A DNA stretch of 64,000 nucleotides from an uncultured Acetobacteraceae bacterium (GTDB lineage Bacteria > Pseudomonadota > Alphaproteobacteria > Acetobacterales > Acetobacteraceae). The notes beneath the pieces are model-generated. The model saw only the letters and a program-made list of their open reading frames with translations, did not search any database and was not told the DNA's origin. The stretch spans positions 35,935 through 99,934 of the forward strand of contig CAXSAX010000005.1 of the NCBI GenBank assembly GCA_964235495.1, given 5' to 3'. The position numbers and the translations under genes were made by a program. This document shows, piece by piece, positions 18,356 to 29,075 of the stretch; the first letter of the stretch is position 1, and the number at the start of each line of letters is the position of its first letter.

Positions 18356-20152
18356 TCAGGCCTTGACCCGCACGTAGCTCCCCGGCGCATCCTCGATCGC
18401 CGCCAGTCCGTCCGCACCCGGCGCCCGCGCCGGCACCTTGTCATCGGCCAGCCCCACCGCCCAGCGCTGCCAGTCCGGCCACCAGGACCCGGCCATCTCC
18501 TGCGCGCCGGCGAACCAGTCCTCCGGCGCGGGTGGCAGGGCGTTGCTCACCCAATGGCTGTACTTGCCGCTCTCCGGCGGGTTCACCACGCCGGCGATGT
18601 GCCCGCTCGCCGCCAGCACGAAGCGCACCGGGCCGCCCAGCAGCTGGGTGCCGCGGTAAGTGCTGCGCCAGGGGGCGATGTGGTCCTCCCGGGTGGAGAT
18701 GAAGTAGGCCGGCACGTCCACCTCGCCGAGGTCGATCCGCTCGCCCGCCAGCTCCAGCTCGCCGCGGGCCAGCTTGTTCTCGTGGTACATGTTGCGCAGG
18801 TAGTAGCTGTGCATCCGCGCCGGCATGCGAGTGGCGTCGCTGTTCCAGTACAGCAGGTCGAACTGGAACGGCTCGTTGCCCAGCAGGTAGTTGTTGACCA
18901 CGAAGGACCAGATCAGGTCGTTGGCGCGCAGCATGTTGAAGGTCTGCGCCATATCCGCGCCCTGCAGCACGCCGTCGCGGTCCATCCTGGCCTCCAGCTG
19001 GGCCAGCTGCTCCTCGTCGATGAACACGCCCAGCTCGCCCGCCTCGGCGAAGTCCGTCATGGTGACAAGGAAAGTGGCGCTGCTGATCCGGTCGTCGCCG
19101 CGGCGCTTCATCCAGGACAGCGTGCTGGCCAGCAGCGTGCCGCCGAGGCAGTAGCCGATCGCGTTGACCTGGCGCTCGCCCGTGGCCTGGCCGATGGCGT
19201 CGAGGGCGGCGAACACGCCTTCGGCCATGTAGTCCTCGAATCCCTTGCCGGCCAGGGATTCGTCGGGGTTGACCCAGCTGACCATGAACACGGTGTGCCC
19301 CTGGCCCACCGCCCAGCGGACGAAGCTGTTATTCGGGCGCAGGTCCAGGATATAGAACTTGTTAATCCAGGGCGGGATGATCAGCAGCGGCCGCCGCTGC
19401 ACCTGCTCCGTCGTCGGCGCATACTGGATCAGCTGCATCAGGTCGTTCTGAAACACCACCTTGCCGGGCGAGACGCCGATGTTCTCGCCCAGCTTGAAGG
19501 CGTCCATGTCCGTCATCTTGATCGCGAGCTTGCCGCGCCCGCGCTCCAGGTCGCCCAGCAGGTTGTTCAGCCCGCGGATCAGGTTCTCGCCCCCGGTGGC
19601 GGCGGTCTTGCGCAGCACTTCGGGGTTGGTCAGCAGGAAGTTGGACGGGCTCATCGCATCGATGAACTGGCGCGAGTAGAAATCCACCTTCTGCGCCGTC
19701 TTGCGGTCCAGCCCTTCCGCCTGGCCCACCACGTCCTGCACGAAGCGGGCGGAGAGCAGGTAGGATTGCTTGATGAAGTCGAACACCTCGTTCTCCTTCC
19801 AGGCGTCGTCCTTGAACCGCTTGTCCTTCGGGTTCGGCTGGATGACCGCGGGCGCCGGGTCAGGGCCGCCCATCATGCGGCGGGCGGTCACCTGCCACAG
19901 CGTCATGTAGTCCTGCCAGAAGCCGACCTGCGCCTGCACCAGGCGCGCCGGGTCGCTCATCAGCTTGGCGGTCATCTCCATGAAGGCGGCGCCGATGTTC
20001 ATGGGGTCGGGGTTGGCGGCCTCCGCGCCCTGGCGCTTCAGCCAGTCGCCCACGATGCGCTGGGAGCGTTCGGCGATGTCGGCCATAGACCGGGTCAGCC
20101 TCAACGGGTCCGTGGCGATGCTCTCGGTGCTGTTGATGGCTTCGTCTGCCAT
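18356..20152 (-). CDS. phaC: Class I poly(R)-hydroxyalkanoate synthase
   Basis: PPWINKFYILDL, lipase box GYCLGG, DHIAPW, SGHIAG. Confidence 0.97.
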   Translation of the reverse strand: MADEAINSTESIATDPLRLTRSMADIAERSQRIVGDWLKRQGAEAANPDPMNIGAAFMEMTAKLMSDPARLVQAQVGFWQDYMTLWQVTARRMMGGPDPAPAVIQPNPKDKRFKDDAWKENEVFDFIKQSYLLSARFVQDVVGQAEGLDRKTAQKVDFYSRQFIDAMSPSNFLLTNPEVLRKTAATGGENLIRGLNNLLGDLERGRGKLAIKMTDMDAFKLGENIGVSPGKVVFQNDLMQLIQYAPTTEQVQRRPLLIIPPWINKFYILDLRPNNSFVRWAVGQGHTVFMVSWVNPDESLAGKGFEDYMAEGVFAALDAIGQATGERQVNAIGYCLGGTLLASTLSWMKRRGDDRISSATFLVTMTDFAEAGELGVFIDEEQLAQLEARMDRDGVLQGADMAQTFNMLRANDLIWSFVVNNYLLGNEPFQFDLLYWNSDATRMPARMHSYYLRNMYHENKLARGELELAGERIDLGEVDVPAYFISTREDHIAPWRSTYRGTQLLGGPVRFVLAASGHIAGVVNPPESGKYSHWVSNALPPAPEDWFAGAQEMAGSWWPDWQRWAVGLADDKVPARAPGADGLAAIEDAPGSYVRVKA

Positions 20153-20216
20153 GGCGTCCTTCCCGTCGGGTTCGCGCCCCGCTAGACAGGGCGGGTGGGG
20201 GCTCGATCGCTGACTT

Positions 20217-21119
20217 ATGCTTGAGGTTTTTCACCAGCACGCTAGGCGCGCGGCCAGGCTGCGGCAAGCAGTGGCGGCGCTTGCGCTCGCAGCGGGGCTG
20301 GCCGGCTGCGTCAGTTCATCCGTGCTCGGCCCGGGCGTGGACCTGTTCCATGGCTTGCAGGGCGGCGTGATCGCGCAGCAGCGCCCGCCGCCGCCGGGCG
20401 CCGACGACCCGTATCCGAACCTGGCCACCGTGCCTGCCCGGCCTGTTGCGCCCGACGTGTTGGCGCAGCAGCGCATCGCCGACCGGCTCGCCTCCCAGCG
20501 CGACGCGGCGGGCGCCGCTGCGGCCCTCGACCCGCTGAAGGCGCTGCCGCCTCCGCCGCCCCCGCCCAAGCCGGCTGCGCCGGATCCGGGCGCCAACCGG
20601 GTGGTCGTGGACGCGGCGCCCTCTCCGGCCCCGCCGCCGGCCCCGCCCGTGCTCTCCGGCATCAGCGCCGTCCCAGCCGTGCCGGAGCTGGTCACGTCCG
20701 GCCCGCTTCCGACCCTGGCCGGGGCGCCCCCGCCGCTGGCCGTCGGGTTGGGCAGCGCGGTCCCGCCAGCGCCGCCGGCTCCCCCGCCGGTGGCGAACAC
20801 CGCCCAGGCAGCGGCGCCCGCCACCCTGGTGCCCGCTACCCTGGTGACGGTGGCGTTCACGCCGGGCTCGGACGAGCTGCCGCCGTCCGCGCCCTTGAAC
20901 CTGCGCCGCTTCGCCCTGGCGCATAAGGGCGTGGCCCTCACCGTGACCGGCCATGGCGGCGTGGTGCTGCCGACGCCCGACTCGCAGTCCCGCGCACTGG
21001 ACCTGGCGCTGCGCCGCGCCAAGGCCATCGCCGCCTCGCTCGCCACCGCCGGCATTCCCGCCGCCAACCTGCACGTGCGTGCGGAGGCCGCCGGGCAGGG
21101 CGGCACCGCCAGCCTGTAA
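20217..21119 (+). CDS. Proline-rich lipoprotein with a C-terminal OmpA-like domain
   Basis: Lipobox LAGC and Pro/Ala-rich linker. C-terminus VAFTPGSDEL...VTGHG...LALRRAKAIAASL resembles OmpA_C. Confidence 0.7.
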   Translation: MLEVFHQHARRAARLRQAVAALALAAGLAGCVSSSVLGPGVDLFHGLQGGVIAQQRPPPPGADDPYPNLATVPARPVAPDVLAQQRIADRLASQRDAAGAAAALDPLKALPPPPPPPKPAAPDPGANRVVVDAAPSPAPPPAPPVLSGISAVPAVPELVTSGPLPTLAGAPPPLAVGLGSAVPPAPPAPPPVANTAQAAAPATLVPATLVTVAFTPGSDELPPSAPLNLRRFALAHKGVALTVTGHGGVVLPTPDSQSRALDLALRRAKAIAASLATAGIPAANLHVRAEAAGQGGTASL

Positions 21120-21131
21120 CGGAGCCCACCG

Positions 21132-22343
<1,212 letters not shown>

Positions 22344-22344
22344 C

Positions 22345-23604
22345 ATGCACGTCGCCATCGCCGGCCTCGGCACCGTCGGCGCCGGCGTGCTCCGCCTGTT
22401 GCACGACAATGCCGGCCTCATCGCCGCCCGCGCCGGCCAGCCCATCACGGCCACCGCCGTCAGCGCGCGCGACCGCTCCCGCGACCGCGGCCTGGATCTT
22501 CGTGGCCTGCACTGGGCCGAAGACCCGCAGGACCTCGCCACCCTTTCCGGCATCGATGCGGTGGTGGAGCTGATTGGCGGCGCTGAAGGTGCGGCCCGCG
22601 CCCTCGTCACCGCCGCCCTCGCTGCCGGCCGCCCCGTCGTCACGGCCAACAAGGCGCTGATCGCTCTCCACGGCGCCACCCTGCCTCGCACCGCCCCCCT
22701 TGCGTTCGAGGCGGCCGTTGCCGGCGGCATTCCCGTCATCAAGGCACTGCGCGAGGGCCTGGCGGCCAACCGCATCAGCCGGGTCACCGGCATCCTCAAC
22801 GGCACCTGCAACTACATCCTCACCGCCATGCGCGAGCAACGGCGCGAGTTCGCGGACGTGCTGGCCGAGGCCCAGGCGCTCGGCTACGCGGAAGCCGACC
22901 CGGCGACTGACATCGACGGCACCGACGCCGCCCACAAGCTCGCCATCCTGGCCGCCCTCGCCTTCGGCCAGCCCATCCGGTTCGCGGCCGTGCACGTCGA
23001 AGGCATCCGCCGGGTCAGCGCGCTCGACATCGCCTTCGCCGACGAGCTGGGCTACCGCATCAAGCTGCTCGGCATCGCCCGGCGCACCGAGGCGGGCGTG
23101 GAGGCGCGGGTGCATCCCTGCCTGGTGCCGGCGAGCGCGCCGATCGCCCGGGTGGACGGCGTGTTCAACGCGGTGGTCGCGGAGGGCGACGCGGTCGGCC
23201 GGGTCATGCTGGAGGGCCGCGGTGCGGGGGCGGGGCCGACCGCCTCGGCCGTGGTGGCGGACCTGATCGACCTCGCCCGTGGCCGGCTGACGCCCACCTG
23301 GGGGCAGGACACGCTGGCGGATGGCCCGTCCGTGCCGATCGGCCAGCACCTCGGCGCCTACTACCTGCGGCTGATGGTGACGGACCGGCCCGGCGTGATC
23401 GCCGATGTCGCCGCCATCCTGCGGGACCAGGGCGTGTCGCTGGAATCCCTGCTGCAGCACGGCCGCAGCCCCGCCGAGGCGGTCCCCGTGATACTGGTGA
23501 CGCACGAGGTCCGCGAGCATGCGATGCGCGGGGCCCTCGGCCGCATCGCGGCGCTGGAGACCGTGCTGGAGACGCCCGCCTTCATCCGAATCGAGCCAGG
23601 CTGA
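22345..23604 (+). CDS. hom: Homoserine dehydrogenase with ACT domain
   Basis: GLGTVG, VVTANKA, FEAAVAGGIP, GILNGTCNYIL, GYAEADP, GAGAGPTASAV. Confidence 0.97.
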   Translation: MHVAIAGLGTVGAGVLRLLHDNAGLIAARAGQPITATAVSARDRSRDRGLDLRGLHWAEDPQDLATLSGIDAVVELIGGAEGAARALVTAALAAGRPVVTANKALIALHGATLPRTAPLAFEAAVAGGIPVIKALREGLAANRISRVTGILNGTCNYILTAMREQRREFADVLAEAQALGYAEADPATDIDGTDAAHKLAILAALAFGQPIRFAAVHVEGIRRVSALDIAFADELGYRIKLLGIARRTEAGVEARVHPCLVPASAPIARVDGVFNAVVAEGDAVGRVMLEGRGAGAGPTASAVVADLIDLARGRLTPTWGQDTLADGPSVPIGQHLGAYYLRLMVTDRPGVIADVAAILRDQGVSLESLLQHGRSPAEAVPVILVTHEVREHAMRGALGRIAALETVLETPAFIRIEPG

Positions 23605-23618
23605 CAAGGAGCCCGCCC

Positions 23619-24602
23619 ATGGACCGCCCCCCCGAGATCACCAACGACCGCAACCTTGCCCTGGAGCTGTGCCGGGTCAGCGAGGCGGGCGCTCTGGCCG
23701 GCAGCCGCTGGATGGGCCGTGGCAAGAAGAACGAGGCGGACGGCGCCGCGGTGGAAGCCATGCGCCGCGCCTTCGACGGCATCGCCATCGACGGCACGGT
23801 GGTGATCGGCGAGGGCGAGATGGACGAGGCGCCCATGCTGTACATCGGCGAGAAGGTCGGCTGCGGCGGCCCCGCCATGGACATCGCGGTGGACCCGCTG
23901 GAGGGCACCACCATCACCGCCAAGGGCGGCCCCAACGCCATGGCGACGGTGGCGCTGGCGGAGAAAGGCAACTTCCTGCACGCCCCCGACGTGTACATGG
24001 ACAAGATCGCCGTCGGCCCCGGCCTGCCGCCCGGCGTGGTGGACCTGGATGCGCCGGTTTGGGAAAACCTGCGCAACCTGGCGACCGCCAAGAACGTCGA
24101 GATCGGCGAACTGGTGCTGTGCACCCTGGATCGCGACCGCCACGCCGACATGATCGCCCACGCGCGCGAGGCCGGCGCCCGGATCATGCTGATCGGCGAC
24201 GGCGACGTGTCCGGCGTCATCATGGCGGCGCAGGCGATGAGCGGGGTCGATATCTTCATCGGCGCCGGCGGCGCGCCGGAGGGGGTGCTGGCCGCCGCCG
24301 CGTTGCGCTGCCTGGGCGGCCAGATGCAGAGCCGCCTGCTGTTCGAGGACGAGGCGCAGGTCGAGCGCGCCCGCGGCATGGGCGTGACCGACCCGAAGCG
24401 GAAGTACGATCTGGCGGAGATGGCCAAGGGAGACGTGATGTTCGCCGCCACCGGCGTCACCACGGGGCCGATGCTGCGTGGCGTGCGCCGCTTCGCCACC
24501 GGAGCCATCACCCACTCGCTGGTGATGCGCTCCAAGTCCGGCACGGTGCGCTACGTGGAGGCCCACCACAACTTCGCCACCAAGACTTGGCAGCCGAACT
24601 GA
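23619..24602 (+). CDS. glpX: Class II fructose-1,6-bisphosphatase
   Basis: GTVVIGEGEMDEAPMLYIGE, DIAVDPLEGT, GDGDV. Confidence 0.97.
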   Translation: MDRPPEITNDRNLALELCRVSEAGALAGSRWMGRGKKNEADGAAVEAMRRAFDGIAIDGTVVIGEGEMDEAPMLYIGEKVGCGGPAMDIAVDPLEGTTITAKGGPNAMATVALAEKGNFLHAPDVYMDKIAVGPGLPPGVVDLDAPVWENLRNLATAKNVEIGELVLCTLDRDRHADMIAHAREAGARIMLIGDGDVSGVIMAAQAMSGVDIFIGAGGAPEGVLAAAALRCLGGQMQSRLLFEDEAQVERARGMGVTDPKRKYDLAEMAKGDVMFAATGVTTGPMLRGVRRFATGAITHSLVMRSKSGTVRYVEAHHNFATKTWQPN

Positions 24603-26377
24603 ACGCCATCGCGCCGCCCCCGCCCGCGCTTGGCGTCGCCCGCAGCGTCACCGGGCGCCGCTGGGTGTGGCGGGGCGGCGAGGAGCGCACCGGCTTGCAG
24701 CTGGCCCAGCGCGCCGGCGTGCCCGAGATCGTGGGCCGCCTGCTCGCCGCCCGCGGCGTCGCGGCGGACGCGGCGGCCGATTTCCTCGCCCCCACCCTGC
24801 GCGCCCTGCTGCCGGACCCGTCCGTGCTGGCCGACATGGACGCCGCCGCTGCCCGTCTGGCCCGCGCCGTGCAAGCGGGCGAGACGGTGGCGGTGTTCGG
24901 CGACTACGACGTGGACGGCGCCTGCTCCGCGGCCATCATCACCTTGCTGCTGCGCGGCCTCGGCTGCCCCGTGCTGACCCACGTGCCGGACCGCATCCTG
25001 GAAGGCTACGGCCCGAACGCCCCCGCGCTACGCGCCTTGGCCGCCCGGGGCGCCACCCTGGTGGTGTGCGTGGATTGCGGCACCGCCGCCGCCGAGGCGC
25101 TGGCCGCGCTGGCGGGCCTGGCCGACGCCTTGGTGCTGGACCACCACAAGGCGGAAGGCCCGCCGCCGCCCGTGCTCGCGACCGTCAACCCGAACCGGCT
25201 GGATGACGGCTCCGGCCTGCGCGGCCTGTGCGCCGCCGGGGTCGCCTTTCTGGCGGCCATCGCTGCCCTGCGCGCGCTGCGCCGAGCCGGCTGGTTCGCC
25301 GCCCGCCCGGAGCCGGACATGCGTGGCATGCTGGACCTGGTGGCCCTGGCGACGGTGTGCGACGTGATGCCGCTCACCGGCCTCAACCGCGCCTTCGTGG
25401 CCCAGGGCCTCAAGGTCATGGGCCGGCGCGAGCGGCCCGGCCTCGCCGCCCTGCTGGAGGTGGCCTCCGCCAAGGACCGCCCGAACGCCGGCACGCTGGG
25501 CTGGGCGCTCGGCCCCCGCATCAACGCGGCCGGGCGGATCGACGAGGCCGACCTGGGCCTGCGGCTGCTGCTGACCGAGGATCCGGTGGAGGCGCGCGCC
25601 CTGGCCATTCGGCTGGACGGGGTCAACCGGGACCGGCAGGAACTGGAAGCCGCCGTGCTGGACGCCGCCCACGACGCCGCGCAGGCCCAGGCGGAGACGG
25701 GCCGCGCGGTGCTGCTGGTGCACGGGGCCGGTTGGCACCCCGGCGTGGTGGGCATCATCGCCGGGCGCATCAAGCAACGGCAGAACCGCCCCGCTTTGGC
25801 CGGGTCGCTGGCAGAGGGCCGGATCAAGGGGTCCGGCCGCTCCGTGGCAGGCGTCGACCTGGGGGCTGCGGTGCTGGAGGCGCGGCGCGAAGGGCTGCTC
25901 ATCACGGGGGGCGGCCACGCGATGGCTGCCGGGTTCAGCCTGGAGCTGGATCGGCTGGCCGACTTCCACGCTTTCCTGGAGGATCGCCTGGCCCACGCCG
26001 CCACCTTGCCGCGCACGCCGGACCTTCCCGTTGAAGCCACGGTAGCGGTCGCCGCCGCGGGGGTAGAGCTGGCCGAGCAGATCGCCCGCCTGGCGCCGTT
26101 CGGTACTGGCAACGAGGAGCCGGTGCTCGCCCTGCCGCGCGCCCGGGTTGTGCGCGCCGACTGGATCGGCCGCGACGGCGGCACGCTGCGCGCCTTCGTG
26201 GAAGGGGAGGGCGGCGGGCGGCTCAAGGCCATGGTGTTCCGCGCTGCCGGGACGCCGTTGGGCCACGCCCTGGGCACGCCGGGCGCGCCGGTGCACCTGG
26301 CCGGCACGGTGCGGGCTGAGGAGTGGAACGGCACGGTATCGGCCAGCTTCATCGTGAGCGACGCCGCCGCCGCTTGA
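24599..26377 (+). CDS. recJ: ssDNA exonuclease RecJ (start codon uncertain; CTG at 24599 inferred)
   Basis: GDYDVDG, VCVDCG, LDHH, ATVCDVMPL, GPRINAAGR, GSGRS, GGGHAMAAG. Confidence 0.95.
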   Translation: MNAIAPPPPALGVARSVTGRRWVWRGGEERTGLQLAQRAGVPEIVGRLLAARGVAADAAADFLAPTLRALLPDPSVLADMDAAAARLARAVQAGETVAVFGDYDVDGACSAAIITLLLRGLGCPVLTHVPDRILEGYGPNAPALRALAARGATLVVCVDCGTAAAEALAALAGLADALVLDHHKAEGPPPPVLATVNPNRLDDGSGLRGLCAAGVAFLAAIAALRALRRAGWFAARPEPDMRGMLDLVALATVCDVMPLTGLNRAFVAQGLKVMGRRERPGLAALLEVASAKDRPNAGTLGWALGPRINAAGRIDEADLGLRLLLTEDPVEARALAIRLDGVNRDRQELEAAVLDAAHDAAQAQAETGRAVLLVHGAGWHPGVVGIIAGRIKQRQNRPALAGSLAEGRIKGSGRSVAGVDLGAAVLEARREGLLITGGGHAMAAGFSLELDRLADFHAFLEDRLAHAATLPRTPDLPVEATVAVAAAGVELAEQIARLAPFGTGNEEPVLALPRARVVRADWIGRDGGTLRAFVEGEGGGRLKAMVFRAAGTPLGHALGTPGAPVHLAGTVRAEEWNGTVSASFIVSDAAAA

Positions 26378-26414
26378 CCTAGGGCCCTTGCGACGGCACA
26401 TGACGGCCTGGCCC

Positions 26415-26490
26415 GTCCCGTTCGTCTAGAGGCCTAGGACACGGCCCTTTCAAGGCTGTAACACGGGTTCGAATCCCGTACGGGGCACCA
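26415..26490 (+). tRNA. tRNA-Glu(TTC)
   Basis: 76-nt cloverleaf. Acceptor GTCCCGT/ACGGGGC, anticodon stem CGGCC/GGCTG with loop CTTTCAA, T-loop GGTTCGAATCC, encoded CCA. Confidence 0.97.
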
Positions 26491-26576
26491 AGCAACCAAT
26501 CGGCATCGTTGTGGTCAAGGGGCAGGGCTGCATCGGCGGCAACGGCCACCAGGACGCAAGACATGCTCCAGCCCAG

Positions 26577-28304
26577 CTAGTAGCCGATCGCGGCTCCGAC
26601 CGGCCGCCGGGCGTCGTTGGCGCCGTAGAGCAGTCCAGGCTGCAGCGCATCCGGCTGGGCTGCCTCTCCGCCCGGCGCGCCCCGCTCGATGATTTCCGCC
26701 GCACCCCAGGGACGTTGCACGACGATCTTGTAGCCCATCGCCTGCAGCAGCGCTTGCGTGTCGGCGGACAACGCGAACGGCTCGGTCGCGATCTCGTCCG
26801 GCAGCCATTGATGATGGATGCGCGGCGCGTCCACGGCGGCTTGTGGCTGCATACCGTAGTCGATCACGTTCAGGATCGTTTGCAGCACCGTCGTGATGAT
26901 CCGCGAGCCGCCCGGCGATCCCAGCACCAGCAGCGGCTGGCCGTCATGCATGACGATGGTCGGCGCCATGGAGGAGAGCGGCCGCTTGCCCGGCGCGATG
27001 GCGTTGGCCGCACCTTGCACCAGGCCGAACATGTTGGGCACGCCGGGCTTGGCGGTGAAGTCGTCCATCTCGTCGTTGAGCAGGAACCCGGTCCCCGGCG
27101 CAGCCACGTAGGCGCCGAACAAGCCGTTGATCGTGTAGGTGACGCTCGCGGCGTTCCCCGCCTCGTCCATCACCGAGTAGTGCGTCGTTTCCGGCTTCTC
27201 GTCGGAAGGCAGGCCCGGCCGCGCTTCCCTGGAGGACCCGGCGTGGCCGGCCGGGATGGCCGCGCGCACGGCGGCGGCGTAGTCGGCGCTCAGCAACCGG
27301 CCGAGCGGATTGGACACGAAGGCCGGGTCGCCGAGGTAGGTGTTGCGGTCGAGGTAGGCCTGGCGCAAAGCCTCGACGATGGCGTGCACGGCCGCCGCCG
27401 AGTGGTATCCGAGCGCCGCCATGTCGTAGCCCGCCAGGATTTGCAGGGTCTCGCACAGGGTCGCCCCACCGGATGAGGGAGGCGGCGAGGACAGGATGGC
27501 GTAGCCGCGGTAGCTGCACCGCAACGGCTCGGTGTCCGTCACCGTGTAGCCGGCGAAGTCGGCCGCGGTGAGCAGGCCGCCGCCCGCGTGGGACGCCGCC
27601 TCCACCCGGGCCGGGATATCGCCCCGGTAGAACGCATCCGTGCCTTCGTCGGCGATGCGTTGCAGCGTGCGCGCCAGGTCGGGCTGCACCAGCGTATCGC
27701 CGGGCTGCAGGGTGCTGCCGTTCGGCCGGAGGAAGATGCGGGCGAGCGCCGGGTCACCGGCGAAACGGCTGGCGCCGGCGTCCAGGATGTCGGTGTCGCC
27801 ACGGTTCAGCACGAAGCCGTCGCGCGCGAGCCGGATGGCGGGCGCCATGACCTGCGCGCGCGGCAGCGTGCCGTAGCGGCGCAGCGCGGTGTCGAGGCCC
27901 AGCACGGTGCCTGGCACCCCGGCCGCCTTGTAGCCGAACACGCTCTCGCCGGGGATCACGGCACCGGCCGCGTCGAGGAACATCGCCGGGGTCGCCGCCG
28001 CGGGCGCGGTCTCCCGGAAATTGAGGAAACGGTCGCGCCCATCGGCGAGACGCAGGGTGATGAACCCGCCGCCGCCGATGTTGCCGCAGCATGGATTGAC
28101 CACCGCCTCGGCATAGCCGACCGCGACCGCCGCATCGACCGCGTTGCCGCCCGCTTGCAGGATTTCGAGCCCGGCTTCGGATGCGAATCGCTGCGAGGAG
28201 ACGACCATGCCGTGCTGCGCCTCCACCGGCGGGAGGGACGCCGCGCGGGCGAGGCTGGGGCTGGTTAGTGCGATGAGCAAGAACGCGACGCGAGGCCAGG
28301 CCAA
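26577..28304 (-). CDS. ggt: Gamma-glutamyltransferase
   Basis: GGNAVDAAVA, GNIGGGGF, NFRETAP, catalytic ETTHYS, LNDEMDDF, GKRPLSSMAPT, GSPGGSRI. Confidence 0.96.
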   Translation of the reverse strand: MAWPRVAFLLIALTSPSLARAASLPPVEAQHGMVVSSQRFASEAGLEILQAGGNAVDAAVAVGYAEAVVNPCCGNIGGGGFITLRLADGRDRFLNFRETAPAAATPAMFLDAAGAVIPGESVFGYKAAGVPGTVLGLDTALRRYGTLPRAQVMAPAIRLARDGFVLNRGDTDILDAGASRFAGDPALARIFLRPNGSTLQPGDTLVQPDLARTLQRIADEGTDAFYRGDIPARVEAASHAGGGLLTAADFAGYTVTDTEPLRCSYRGYAILSSPPPSSGGATLCETLQILAGYDMAALGYHSAAAVHAIVEALRQAYLDRNTYLGDPAFVSNPLGRLLSADYAAAVRAAIPAGHAGSSREARPGLPSDEKPETTHYSVMDEAGNAASVTYTINGLFGAYVAAPGTGFLLNDEMDDFTAKPGVPNMFGLVQGAANAIAPGKRPLSSMAPTIVMHDGQPLLVLGSPGGSRIITTVLQTILNVIDYGMQPQAAVDAPRIHHQWLPDEIATEPFALSADTQALLQAMGYKIVVQRPWGAAEIIERGAPGGEAAQPDALQPGLLYGANDARRPVGAAIGY

Positions 28305-28322
28305 TGCTGCAACCCTTTCAGC

Positions 28323-28432
28323 GGCAGGGCTCTGCCCTGCACCCGCAAGGGGACGGTCGTCCCCTCGACCCCTTATACACAGGTGTCGAGAGGACGACCG
28401 TCCTCTCGCAGAGGGCGGGGCAGCGCCCCGCC
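28323..28432. repeat. ~110-bp nested-palindrome intergenic element (MITE/REPIN-like), copy 1
   Basis: The two ~48-bp arms are imperfect inverted repeats, and each arm contains two small hairpins. The reverse complement aligns with 61987..62096. Confidence 0.8.
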
Positions 28433-28438
28433 GCTTGC

Positions 28439-29044
28439 TCAGCCTTGGCGCTCGAACGCTCCGCTGATCGTCAGCTGCACCGCGTCGCCGATCAGCGGCA
28501 CGTACGTCTTCACGCCGAAGTCGCTGCGGTTGATCTCGCCGGCGATCTGGAAGCCCACCGTGTACCTCTTGTCGAGCGGGTTGGTGCCGGCGCCGACGAA
28601 GCGGGCGTGCAGCGTCACCGGCTTGGTCACGCCGTGCAGCGTGAGATCCCCGGTGATTTCCGCCGCATCCGCACCGGTCGGAACTACCTTCGTCGAGCGG
28701 AAGGTCATCTGCGGGAAATGCGCCGCGTCGAGCCAGTCCGGGCTTTTCAACTCCTCGTCCAGCTTGTCGCTGGTGGTGGACACCGTGCTGACCGGCACCG
28801 CGATCTCCAATTGGCTGGCGGCCGGGTCGGCAGGCGAGAGCTGCAAGCTGCCGGACGCGTTGGAGAAGTGGCCGTAATAGGTGGTGAAGCCCATGTGCGA
28901 GACCGCGAACTCGATCTGCGTGTGCTGCGGTTCCACGGCGTAGCGGCCGGCCTGCACCTGGGCCGGCGGCACCGCGACCGCCTGGGCCAGCGCCGGCCCG
29001 GCCAGGCCGACCGTCAGCAGGGCGGCAGTGAGGGTCTGTTTCAT
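28439..29044 (-). CDS. YceI-family polyisoprenoid-binding periplasmic protein
   Basis: Signal peptide, then EPQHTQIEFAVSHMGFT, LKSPDWLDAAHFPQMTF, GDLTLHGVTKPV, INRSDFG. Confidence 0.92.
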   Translation of the reverse strand: MKQTLTAALLTVGLAGPALAQAVAVPPAQVQAGRYAVEPQHTQIEFAVSHMGFTTYYGHFSNASGSLQLSPADPAASQLEIAVPVSTVSTTSDKLDEELKSPDWLDAAHFPQMTFRSTKVVPTGADAAEITGDLTLHGVTKPVTLHARFVGAGTNPLDKRYTVGFQIAGEINRSDFGVKTYVPLIGDAVQLTISGAFERQG

Positions 29045-29075
29045 TGGAGCTGTTCTTTCCATGGGGTGAGGGTGC

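Noticed and set aside
23519-24598. Apparent 952-aa RecJ with a long N-terminal extension
   Set aside because: The extension is an off-frame read through glpX. RecJ similarity starts only near 24599.
26415-26576. tRNA-Glu as an integration site for an island or prophage
   Set aside because: No integrase follows it, no repeat of the tRNA 3' end was seen in the window, and ggt downstream has host-like codon usage.
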